Source of the DNA: Marsupella aquatica
Lineage: Eukaryota > Plantae > Marchantiophyta
Direction of reading: 5' to 3'
Assembly (NCBI GenBank): GCA_973895155.1
Contig: OZ316892.1
Span: 124,001 to 188,000 of the forward strand
DNA: 64,000 nucleotides
Numbering within the stretch: the first letter of the stretch is position 1; each line of letters starts with the position of its first letter. Positions 34,601-45,940 of the stretch are shown here, piece after piece. The notes below the pieces were generated by a model. The model worked only from the letters and a program-made list of their open reading frames with translations. It made no database searches and had not been told where the DNA came from. A program made the translations under genes and the position numbers.

Positions 34601-35633
34601 TAATGTTGTGATGTCTGACCCGATGTATGCGGCAAAGACAGACCGAGAGATGTTTACCCTCAGGCTCGACATATTTGGCCGAATTAATGGAAAATGTAAA
34701 ATTCCCAAAGACCCCAAATTTCGGCCGTTGTCCATCAGTGAGGACCCTTCGGTTACCAATTTGATCGGACTCTCTTCGCTCAAATCAAATCCATTCCCGC
34801 AAATGGAGTTTGTTGGAAATGCTCATCTGTTTGTGGGTTTTATGCAATCTGTTATAGAGCTTGTCACAAGGCCTCGTGATATTTTTATGGATTGGACTGC
34901 TAGGGCTGGAGGCTCTTACATTGCTGGCAACTTCTCTGGACGATTTGTACTCGGGATAGAACACCGGAAAGAATTTATTGAAACCGCTTCAAAGGTTTTC
35001 ATGGATTTGTTGTCTCCCAAAGAGATTGCAGTGTTACCTCCACCTGTTCCTACTACCGACAAAAAAAAGAGAGATAAGCTTCGGTCGGTTTTCAATTTTG
35101 ATTCTGATGATGAATCGAGTGAAGGTGGAGAGGAACAAGGTACAAGAAACTCCGAGGAGGAAAAGGGAGAGCGTCGTGCAGCTGCAGATGAAACCGATAG
35201 TGATGACTCTTCCGAGTAATGTTCATAAACTCGTAAGCTTCTTTCTCCATTCCCGTCAATTCATAACATTTCTTTTGTTGTTTTGGGGAAAGGCGCCTTA
35301 CAAAATGGACTTTGTTATATCAGGTCAGAGTGGAATGCAAGGAGACGATTCAAACTGCGGAGGAAGATCGCGAGACACAACGTAGAAACATCGGAAAAAC
35401 CGTTTGTTCTTCAATCCTATGCAGAGAAAGCCGCAAGGAAAGCAGAAAGTGCAAGGACACTTTGCTGGGAAAACAAAGGTCTTCGGTTACGAAGGGGTGT
35501 TGACCAAAAGTTCATTAAACATCCTTATGTTGATGACTTCTCCCGCAGCCAGTACGTAGATGATGAGGCTATGTCCACGGACAGATCCCAGAGTACAGAT
35601 TCTGGTTCCGACTCAGAATCTTCGGAACCGTGA
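31672..35633 (+). pseudogene. Spliced ParB/Srx-like plus beta-class amino-methyltransferase-like accessory gene (copy A, about 1150 aa reconstructed; 5' end unresolved)
   Basis: IPLCRL...VRTL...SIEKLKDSFRSMGY...VFDGNHRLYSW (ParB/Srx); VDAGFIYLPTG (motif IV position) then VIELVTRPRDIFMDWTARAGGSYIAGNFSGRFVLGIE (motif X-I). Frame-preserving GT-AG introns 32295-32418, 33753-33942, 35216-35323. In-frame TGA at 32939 and 34203. Confidence 0.8.
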
Positions 35634-35904
35634 GAAATAGTGGGTAGTTGAGGCTAAATCTTTTAGTAGCGCCCGGCGCTTGCAACCTCTGTATTATCTC
35701 CCTCTGCTGAGGGTCCTTTTAAATTGTTGATTTCTCTCTACTTGTTGATTACTTTTGACTTCTGTTCTTTACAAGCGCCTGGCGCTCGCCAAATGGAATC
35801 TCTAAATGGCTGTTTAGTCTTTGTTGTTTCCTGTCAACGGTCATCGTCATTGGATACCAACTGCCATTTGGATTGTGTTCTTTAGTCAGTCGTCGGAAAA
35901 CTGT

Positions 35905-36275
35905 TGGGGACCATAGTTTCGGGATGATGATTCCATAGTTTAGGGACCGGGCGGAAGGGACGACTATAGTTTCAGTTTAGGTTTGTTCGGGACGACGAGA
36001 GTTGGGGACGTTGATAGTTGAGGACGACGATAGTTTTGGGAGGATGATAGAACGGGACGATAGAACGGGACGATAGAATGGGAGGGGAGACTTTGTTTCG
36101 GGATGATGATAGAACGTGATGATAGAACGGGACGATAGTTCGTTTGGGAAGACTTTGTTTCGGGAAGACGATAGAACGGGACGTTAGAGCAGGGCGATAG
36201 AACGGGACGATACCTATTACCAAGGCAAAGATAGTTTCAGGAGGCAATAGAATGGGACGATGATAGTTTGATGGT
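35905..36275. repeat. Degenerate tandem array of about 13-bp GGGACGATAGAAC units inside element A
   Basis: Repeated GATAGAACGGGAC / GGGACGATAGTT visible throughout. Confidence 0.85.
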
Positions 36276-36455
36276 CGTTTCGGAATGGTAGTGTACGCGG
36301 ACCTTTATCTGGCGTCTTAGTCTTCGCGGACCTTTCTTTGACCTTTGTCGGCTATAGCACTCGCGGACGACGTTCTTACGGGAGGAGAGTTTACATATTA
36401 GATCGGGATCTTTGAAACATGGCGAGTCAGTATGAGCCAATGGATTGGGAGGCAG

Positions 36456-38303
36456 TGTAGTTTGCCATAGAGAACCAAAAATCACATTTTAAAGTCTCTA
36501 AACTCGGTATTCGTTCCCTTTAAGAACAAGATGGGGTTGGTTTGATGTAATAAACTAAAAACAAAGCTTTAAGCTCTTGTGTCACACATAGTAATCAATC
36601 TTGACTACTTTAATCAGGTACTTTGAAGATCGCTCCACAGCGGTGAGTAGTTTTTGATGATAACTCAACATCAGATAACCTTCAATTAAGCAAAAGATTG
36701 CAATTAACAAAACACAAGGAAAAATCTCTCAGAGTATGCTTAAGGGAGTCTGGAATAGACCAAGGTTACTCCTTAGACATAAGTAATAATGGAATGACTT
36801 TAAGGGAATCCAAATCCACACGGCTTTTCAGATCTAAACTGCATACTAGAGTATCCTTTTAAAATGCCGGCAACATGTCTTGACCTTTCTTCCTAAGTGA
36901 TACTTAGTCAAGATCTAAAAGGATAAATACTTCAGCATTTAGATGGTACTAAGCAACATGAAGGTGGAAACATCATTTCCAATGCAACTTAAACTCAATG
37001 AGTTAACTCTAAGAACTTGTGAGATTACAATGTGTCACCAAAGCGGAATCTGACATTATAATTCACGAGATTCATAACTGAGGTTTTACTTCAAGTATTT
37101 GGGTTCCAAAATACAAGAAGGAGGTAAGTCTCTCCAAATGTTAAACCTGATCTCGAACTCATAGATTCATGATCAACTAGTTTAACACAAGGGAGAGGCA
37201 AAACTGCAAAACTTAACCATCTCTCTACACTAGGGGAAGAGGTATAAATAGTGATGAACTACAGAATAAGAGGTCACAGGGTCGAAGAGACATGCCTCTT
37301 CATACCCCTCAAAATTTTAAAATGGCGATTCAGTAAGTGAAAAGCCGGAAAAAATGGCTAAGTATGAACTCTTAAACTCTTAAAAACTTAAACTCTTAAA
37401 AACGTAAAAACTTAAACTCTTAAACTCTTAATTTCGGTATACTAAAAATTGAGTAGATTCAACTATTTTTAACTTTCTACTCCTGGTTCGGAAAACTCTG
37501 AAATTTTTCCAGTAGGGTTTCCTAGGTACAGACTACAGCCTAAAGAAGTATGACAGCTTCTAAAGCTCTAGAACACATTTCTAAAAATCAGATAAGATGC
37601 ACTACTCTAAAAACTAACTAAGAACACTTAGAGACTTCTTCAAGCTTGCTGTCGGATGTCCTCTGGTTCTAGTAACTCCACAAGGGTAACAATTCGGTTC
37701 TGGGTAACCTCTATCAGCTTAGCTTGGCGTGGGGATCCTCTGGAGTATGGTAGGCACCTCAGTTGTCTCTCAGGATACATCAAAGGCATTCTCTTCATCA
37801 AATAACAGGAATCTATACGAAGAGCTTCTCTGTACATCCCGATCACATCATAGTTGTTGCAGGTGGCAGCATATACTTGGGGATAGTGATGCAGAAACTC
37901 ATCACTATTCATCATCCTGGAATAGAAGGGTCGAAGTCTCCATTTGACATCTCTGAAATACCGGTTGAAGCTGGGCAGAGTTTGAGAGGTAAGGTGGAAG
38001 AGAAGTCAGTAATGAGCGCCTATGTCTTGCATTCCTTCCCTTTCAAGGTGAGCTCTTCATCCGTTGTGGAGTCCCGTTGAACTAGTTGTAAGATGTCACG
38101 ATCACAGAGTCGCCAAATCTTAAGGTGTAACTCGTAAAGCAGTGAACTAGTAAACTCGTAAACTGAGTTTACTCGTAACTTAGGAACTTAGTAACTTTGA
38201 ATGCTGTTTTAGTTACAGTTAGCAATAATTGCAGTCTAAACACCGTAAAAAAATTTAAAAATTTTCAGTTTCTTCATGCTTTTGGAATTACCCACTACTT
38301 ACA
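36456..38303. mobile_element. Solo LTR (1848 bp)
   Basis: TGTAG...TTACA termini with 5-bp TSD GGCAG (36451-36455, 38304-38308); shares blocks with 44397-55044. Confidence 0.8.
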
Positions 38304-38308
38304 GGCAG

Positions 38309-38720
38309 CTTTTCATCCTCTCTCGTGTGCGTCCGGAAGAGAGCCATTTCAGCTCTTTTGAATCGCGGATGGAGACTGAAGAAACTGAAACTTCCACTTT
38401 TCGGAACCGTCATGCTCTCCCGTATGATGAGGCTATTAGTCCTGGAGAGAAGAACATCCCTTGGATTGTCGATTCCCCTGCGCCTCCGTTCTCTAGTCGG
38501 TTTTCGTCTCACCCGGGAGTTCTTGTTGATGGTGTACTCCCAATCGATCGAAGAGTACAAGAAATGTTCGGGCGAGTTGATTTTAAGGACAGTAATATTC
38601 CTAATGAACATTTTACGAGGGTTGTTCATTGAGGACCTTCAGAGGGATACGTTCGTTTGCGTGGTCTCGGCTTCAAGAAAGATCGGCGGAGAGAAGAAGC
38701 AAGAGTAGATGATGATTGAA
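38309..38720 (+). pseudogene. Possible small third ORF of element A, interrupted by the solo LTR
   Basis: Frame of ORF 38276-38632 continues past one TGA to about 38720; no recognisable motif. Confidence 0.3.
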
Positions 38721-39780
38721 ACTCGGAAAGCTAGATGGAAATTTTGTTTTGCTGATCGCTTTAAGCTAGCGTCGGGCGCTGCTAAAGTTTTCTGGATTTT
38801 GTGGCATTGAAGTCGACCTCAGCTCTAGCGTTAGGGTTTTCCCGGTTGTCTACTATTTAGGTTTTGGCTAGCGCCGGGCGCTATTGAAACGACAACGGAT
38901 TTTGTGGGAGGGAATGGATCTTGACTATGTTGTCTGGGTTTGGACGCATCTTGTCTCCAAGAAACGACTAGTTTTCTAGTTAGTTTTTGGCTAGCGCCGA
39001 GCGTTGTTCATGTATTAGTCAAAAACCTCCGACGGTGTTGACCGTGACTTCATGGATGGGATTTTTAGGCCAGATTGTTGATGTTGATAACTGCATTTTA
39101 TCACTTAAGCTGAGCGCATTTTCTATTTTGCGATAATATATGCGAATGTTTTTTCCGGCCTTTCTTTTCTACTTGTATTTGTCTTGGTTTTTGTGTATCT
39201 CAATTGGCAGCCATCTTTTATGTTTCAAAAAATTGTTTCCGTGTTGTTCTTTTATTTATCACGAGGGTTTGGTGGTTTTGTTTTCTATTCTTGTACTTTC
39301 AACTGGAGATTTTGAGACCTTTTTTTAAGATCACTGTTCACGACCATCCAAACACTGTTCACTGGTAACAGCTCCTTTTAACTGGTACCAGAATCTGTTT
39401 CCTGTTACTGTTATCTGTTTGCTGTCGTTTGTAAATTCCCCCTTTCAGATATGTTAGACTCCTTGCATGGCCTCTGTGAAGCCTCGGGTCCCAGTAGAAA
39501 ACATACTAGATTACTGCGAGTCAAAGAATTAGTCCGTCAGGAATGTCTTAGGTGGGTTACTCGTCCAGACGCATGGCTTTTTAGTAGAAGCAATACTTGT
39601 TTATGCATTCTACTTTAGTTGGCTAGGAACACTTCTTTGTGCCTTTGCACTTAGGTGCTCATTATGGCCTCACCTGGGTCACACTATGCTGCCCACGCTT
39701 ATGTTGCCCTGTTGGGCCCCCCTTCCCGTGGGTTTTCGCGGGTTTCATTTTTATTTCAAAAAGAAAAAAGAAAGAAAAAA

Positions 39781-42700
39781 AATGCTGGCGAAAGAAGTCC
39801 TCACAAGAGCAACAAGGGAATACGCAAATCTGTACCCAATAAGTGTTTGTCGTCCTTAGATGAGCGTGTGTTTGGATGAGTGATCGTTTCCCATATGAGT
39901 TCCCCAAGGAAACGTCCAATTTTGTGATAAGAGTCATCATTTCCTTCGCAGCAGATTTGATCCTTCTATGGTATTCCTGAGTAAGATTTGATCTGGGGTT
40001 CATTGGGCGCCCATTCCTAGTTTGAACAGGGATGTTGATTTGTGCCATATTGGTCTTCTCAAGAAAAACATCAATATTGATTCTCAAGTCAAAAGGCGTA
40101 GGGTTGGCAGGCATGCTTTGGTGGTGTTGTCTGGAGATTGCAACACCCTATTCTTCCAGGAAACGTAACTCCAAGTTTGACAAATGTGTTCCTTTTAGTA
40201 TTGGCAAGGAAATTGGATAAGGAGGTAGGTTAGCGATGCCTTGACGTGGGCGGCTTTTCCAACAACTGCCATTGGGGCAAAACCACACAAACTCGGCATG
40301 AGGTTCACTCCTGAACAGGCGATGTCCCTTCGCAACAATTCCGATCACACCAGCATTAGAAGGATATCCAACCTTCTTAATCCGGTTTTGACACTCATCA
40401 CGATCGCATCTACTTGACAATGTCCCGTTACACTAAGGACCAGGCCCGAGTCTTGAAATTCGACGAAGATGCCAAGACCCAGGTTCAACGTCCAACTCCA
40501 AAAGTGACGTGTCAGGGAGGACTGGAGTTTGGTCCAAAGAGATTTCTGGTAATGTGGAAGATTCCTCACCTGGACCAGAAGCAGATGCGTCCGGCATGTC
40601 ACTCAGGCCCTCACTCCCAGTCAAATTGATCGGTGTCTCAGGAACACTTGGTGGAATATGAGAAAACTGAGTCGAGTTCAGATTTCTCCGTTTCAAACCC
40701 CGTGTATTCGGTGTTGTTATCAGAATGGTGTCATGACAATGGGAGTCTTGTGCCAAACATTCCCTATCGCTGGACCTTTTCTTTTGATAGATTTGGTTAC
40801 AAAATCACCGTTCAATGGAGTACTCCTCTCCAAATCAAATCCCGCCGCATTAGCTAGTACGTAGCAAATTAGAAGCCTCTTCGCACAATCGAGGGGATCC
40901 AGCCAGGTCTGTTGAACGGAAAGCTAGTTCAAATACCGTAGGACTTGTCCTCTATGTAACCCATCCCGATAGGCAGTATAAGTAGCAATTTGAGAGATTG
41001 CACGATTGTGGTCAATTTTACAACCCTCGAATAATCCGACAATTTTCTTCCCTTGCCAAGCTTTCATGATACCATGAACTGCCTCAGATAAAATGCAATT
41101 AGGAATCATCCCTCCTTCTTGTGCACTTTTGCTCTGCAGGACGGCCAGAGTTTGTCAAATCTCAAAATCTATATTTGGAAGATATGTTGATATTCTTCAA
41201 CAATATGTATGAATTAAAGGTAGCGCCAGGCGCTAGTATGGAAGTGTCTATTCAGTAAGTGAAAAAACAGTGATACTTACAAGTCAAATAAATTTTCCCC
41301 ACTGCCGCCATCTTACAACCCACCAAGAGATCCATCCCTACAGCATCCGAAGCTTCCCGAGAATGCAATTGCCAGATCTCCACCACAAATCAATTTCTCG
41401 GGAAATCCTGTAAGCTTCGACAAACATTGATGCATTTATGAGCTTATCCCAGAGGAGGCGATGCTCAGAACGTTTGTCTTCAAGCACTCCTTCGATAGAA
41501 TGGCGGTGCAAAGATTGGTAAAAATGAAAAGCATTCAATCTCTCTTTCTCCGGATTTGGATGGCCCCCAAAGAAAACGTCTCTGACCGCACGCCACCCCG
41601 CTGAGCATTATCAACCATGAATCCATGAATTTGAACATCATCTACCCCATTTTCTAAAGCGACCTCGATCATTAATCTCCATGCTTTCTCAAGAGATTCA
41701 ATGTCCTCCGCTTTCAGCTCCCACGTAAATATTGTACATAAAGCTCGATAGTTCTGGTCATAAACATGGGCGCTAAAAGTACTCCAATCTTTCGACATTT
41801 GTTTCATGACATCAAAACTCAACCACGCACCTTCAAGGGGTCCACCCTTTTTCATTTGTCGCAACAAATCTACTCTAGATCCATGCCCTTTGATCGTCAT
41901 TTTGAAAATATGAGCTCGGTCCTCCTTAGAGCCTTGCCCTGGAAGTAGATACCTTTGAACAAATGGGAACCTGACATTCTTTTGCATCCAAACCAGATAT
42001 TCGAGGTCTTCTTGCCCGGCCTGATCTTTCCTGACACTCTTAAACAAGGCAGAGAACTTCTACGCAGTTGAAACAAGCATAAGTGATTGCCAAATCTCAC
42101 TCTCTTCCATCTTCAAGATGTCATCGATAGATTCATCTAGTGCATCCTTAAGAGATCCAGTGATCGCATTTTTCAAAACACTAGGCAAGGAAGAAGGATT
42201 CTTCAAATGATCTTTCTGAATCTCTTCGACCGCTATCATCTCCGAACTTCTAGACCAGACCTTTTGACACAGATGGTTATGGACACCCATATGCACTGCA
42301 AGGCGTGACATAAGCTGCATTGTTGCCAAATCCAGGAGAACTTGTGGGTACATGTAAAACATTTTTGCGGAACAGGAGTCCAAACAGAACGGAAGTTGAA
42401 GACAATACCAACAAACAATCCCTCCTGAATCAATCAACTTTCCTGGACAATGTTGGCCTCCCAACTTGGGGGTCCCTTCCCACGAAATACAATTCCAACC
42501 ATTTGTTCTGGTATAAAACTCACCTGATTTGTTTTGGCATTCAAGTGATCCGCTACAGCTGACTCCCACATCTTCTTCAGCAAAACATTCACAGAAGTAG
42601 GAAGAATTCGAGTCCAGAGATAGCAATCCTTCGAACGGTCCATGTTAAGGAGACGCTTCCCCTTTGAACCCACACAATCGACAGGCGGAAGCTCAAATAT

Positions 42701-43297
42701 GACATTGTCGTTGTAAGTTTTGGGAAGAAATTCTACTTGCTTGTGCTTGAAAGTCTCTGATTGTACAAATCGAGATAGCTCACTTTGACTAGTCGATTTC
42801 AGAAGGGCGTCTAACGCGCTCCTTCTATAAACTATAGGAAGAGAAGGAGATTTAAGAAGCTTGTCACCTCCACTATCTTTCGTTGAGGTACTACATTGAT
42901 GCATTGGAAATGAATTCTTTAACAAATAACATTCTTTGCGCTTGATGTTCCTAACATCAATCGGCAATTGAGAGACAGGGAAAGAGTCATTGCCATCAGA
43001 CGTGAGGTCAATGACCTCTGTTGGTGCATCCCCCGTCTCTAGTTTCACTACTTTTCCTCAGAGGAAAAGCGTGTACTCGACACCGCAGTGCAGTTCCCAC
43101 CATTTTTTACCAAAAATATAAAAATAATTCACTACCCCCTTGGCAGCTGTCCCTAAGCTTTCAATGTCTTTTCTCCTAACATCAAACCTTCCGCAAAGAT
43201 AATCTTCACTAACACGCTGATTACCATCTTCGTTAGTCATAGGAACGCTAATCACGTCTCCCATTTCAGGACATTTTACCCTAATAACCCGTGACAT
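39781..43297 (-). pseudogene. Mutator-like transposase B (frameshifted; C-terminus at 19047-19219)
   Basis: Collinear with transposase A: YLCGRFD, FELPP, DRSKDCYLWTRI, CSGSLECQN, HMGVHNH, SFDVM, GFMVDNA, AFHFYQS, LSEAVH, VWFCPN, CSCEDF. Same intron (about 41133-41280). Confidence 0.85.
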
Positions 43298-43514
43298 TAT
43301 GACAAAATGGCAAAATGGTAAGGGTGTTTCCAGCCTGGGTTTATTATTTCCCTCAAGTAAATCATCAAGAACGAAGAAACCACACACGAACGCACAAAAT
43401 ATTTAGAACTTTACCGTTCACTTAACGGATAAGTTTGAGATAAATGGCGACGGATGACTGTTGAAAACAAAATTTTTCCGTTAATTTAATGGATATTTTC
43501 ACAACAAAGAATAA

Positions 43515-43838
43515 TAGCGCCAAGCGCTAGCAAAAACCCTACCAGATTGTCGTTCAAAAGCGTAAAGTTTTAAATCAGAATTCTGGAAAATGTGACTTTA
43601 TTTGATACTCTACATTGATGGTGCCTGGCGCTATTATTGCGGAAAAAAAAACAAGAGATTCTCATGTATATGATTGAACATTTGAAGGATTTAACCAATG
43701 TTAGACAACAATCAATAATAGCGTCGGGCGCTATTATAGAAACTCAGCGGATTACTTGTATTTTAGGGTCGACTCACCAGAAAATATGTATACTTTTTGG
43801 TCTAGAAGGAGTGATGTTTAAAATAGCGTCGGGCGCTA
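43515..43838. promoter_or_regulatory. Cluster of four palindromes in the divergent intergenic region of element B
   Basis: Copies at 43515, 43619, 43719 and 43824, spaced 100-105 bp apart. Confidence 0.75.
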
Positions 43839-45442
43839 TTAATGTTTATCCTCCGAGTTGTCTATCCAACGGATATTTGTAATGGTAACTTTATGCCTGT
43901 GTGACCATTTTTACCTCTTGAATGAATGTTAATTACAAGATTCTTCGTTAGATTTGAGTAACCACGTCAGTACTATATGCCAACTGTCCCTTTCTCTTTG
44001 GTTTGATTGCTCGATTACCTGATATTTTTCATCATGGAACATTCATATTTAAGTCAGTTGTCGGTCTTTTTTGGATCTTTTCCTGTCAAAGGTCAATTTG
44101 ACAAATCTGATCTTTTTGTGTGATTTGTTGTCGTGTCATTTTGTTGCGGGAAAATGATCTCCATACTGGTTGTTTCGGACGTGGGTCGTATCTATCCGAT
44201 TCCAGCAGAACATTGCAGACCTTCATGAGTGGTTGAGAACTCTCCAAATTTTAGGGCCAAAGACTCTTTATCTAGAGACGGACAACACTTCCCCGGGTAA
44301 TTCTCAAACATTGGAGACATCTTTTGCTGGTTCTGTTTACACACAACGCGTTACTCGCTCGACTGCATCACATTCACTTCAGAACTCTGCGTAGACTATC
44401 GTATGCTAACAAAAGCAAATATCATCGAATATATGCTAAAAACTCGGTGTTCGTTCCCGTGGAAGAACAAGAATGGGATGAAAAGATGTTTTAAAGTGTT
44501 TTGAGTGGTTTAGAGATGGTACTCAACATCTATAAGAAAAATAGAATCTTAAACAAAACACAAGGAATTAATAAAATAAGAACAAAGTGACATTTGCTGT
44601 ACAACAAAATCTTAGAGATTTTAGAGGTATAGTTTAGCAATATTTAACTCCGTCACCATGTCTTAAGAAAGAGCTATGGCATTATTTGAGACGTTGATAA
44701 GTCAAACATAACCTTGCTATAACTGCTCTCTAGGTTTCTATCATAAATCTATGTTTAAGAAGTGTATATGCTCACAAAACCCAAGATAAGTTTCGGATTG
44801 TGTGTATAGTAGTGTGTCATTAAAATGCCGGCAACATGTTTTCTTCTTCAACGATGCGCAATTCCAAAGAAAAACTAATGCACATTCAGTATACCACAAT
44901 GGTACTTCAAATCCGTGAATTAAGAATGTCGCTACTTCTTAATCATATAGATTTCTATTTCTTGATTTAATGCAATACTTATCTTCCAAAGATAAGTCCT
45001 TCATGTAAATACAGAAATGGACAACAAATGTTGTAGTTTGGATTAGGCACTGACCAACGGATCTTCTAATACATTCCACAAACTGTATTTTTATGAGTTT
45101 TACTTCTTACGGTAATTGCTACATGCATTACCATACAAAAGAGGGGTAGACTCCTAGCACAAGTAATCAAATTCCAAGGTATGTAAATCTTCCTTGCAAA
45201 ATTGCATTACATGTACAAGGGACAAAACTCCAAGATGAGGAGATGCAAATAACTATCCTCACTGTCTCAAAATGAGATTGGTATCACAATAAGTACATGA
45301 GATCGCCCACAGGCTAAGGAGAATGAAGAGACATGCCTCTTCATTTCCTAAGTCTAAACTAAGTAAAGTAAAAGTCAACTTTGACTAAGGGATAGTCAAA
45401 TGGTCAAAGCTAAGTAAAAGTCTACAAAATAAAATACTAATC

Positions 45443-45940
45443 TCATACTGTAATAGGAGGAGGGTCGACTACAAGTAGAGGGAGGCGAGCTACATAACCA
45501 AGGGCTATCTTCCCTTTGGTCCTCTGTCCCTTCAAATACTGTCGACGGAAAAGGTCCTCACGGTAACGAATCAAATGAGGCTCACTGGTCTTCCGAATGG
45601 GATGTCCATCCGGTCTGATCCAAACAAAGTAATCTGATGGCCATGGAATGTCTGGAGCTGGAAGAGGGAAAGGTGCTATGACCTTTCTACAATGATAAAC
45701 CCAACTCCAAAGGTCAGGAGTCTCAATCGTGGGTAATCTCAGCTTGTCGATAGGTAGCCATAGAATACCACGAGAAATCGGAACCATGTCGTAGGTGTGT
45801 GGAAAAGGAAAAGACTCACGACCAAACATAAGTGGAGGTAAAGGAGGTGCAAGAGGAGTGCGTGCGTCGATGAGTGACGTAATCATCCTATCAAACTGGG
45901 CGGTGTCATGAGGTTTCCATCCTAAAGGAGGAATCCTCAT
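45443..45940 (-). CDS. 165-aa Pro/Trp-rich ORF inside the solo-LTR-like element
   Basis: Clean ATG ORF in otherwise stop-rich sequence; no motif recognised. Confidence 0.4.
   Translation of the reverse strand: MRIPPLGWKPHDTAQFDRMITSLIDARTPLAPPLPPLMFGRESFPFPHTYDMVPISRGILWLPIDKLRLPTIETPDLWSWVYHCRKVIAPFPLPAPDIPWPSDYFVWIRPDGHPIRKTSEPHLIRYREDLFRRQYLKGQRTKGKIALGYVARLPLLVVDPPPITV

Larger units (their letters stand above)
26124..39440. mobile_element. Mutator-like DNA transposon 'A' (13.3 kb including a 1.85-kb solo LTR), same family as B
   Basis: TSD CTTTCAGA at 26116-26123 and 39441-39448; ends GGG-N12-GACAGAAAACAG and CTGTTTGCTGTC-N11-CCC; the LINE ORF2 frame is restored on excision; same gene layout as B. 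Confidence 0.88.
19220..39780 (+). mobile_element. L1-clade LINE, about 6.8 kb full length, interrupted by a MITE and by element A
   Basis: TSD AATGC(C/T)GGCGAA at 19208-19219 and 39781-39792; A-rich tail about 39758-39780; ORF1 and ORF2 motifs; ORF2 frame resumes at 39449 after element A. Confidence 0.88.

Noticed and set aside
31672-35633. Bacterial or phage contamination explaining ParB/MTase
   Set aside because: The gene has frame-preserving GT-AG introns conserved across copies and lies within TSD-bounded elements nested among plant retroelements.
26124-39440. hAT assignment from the 8-bp TSD
   Set aside because: SWIM finger, GCM-like domain and the D..NAV..VF..xxH pattern fit Mutator-like transposases; no BED finger or hAT dimerisation motif seen.
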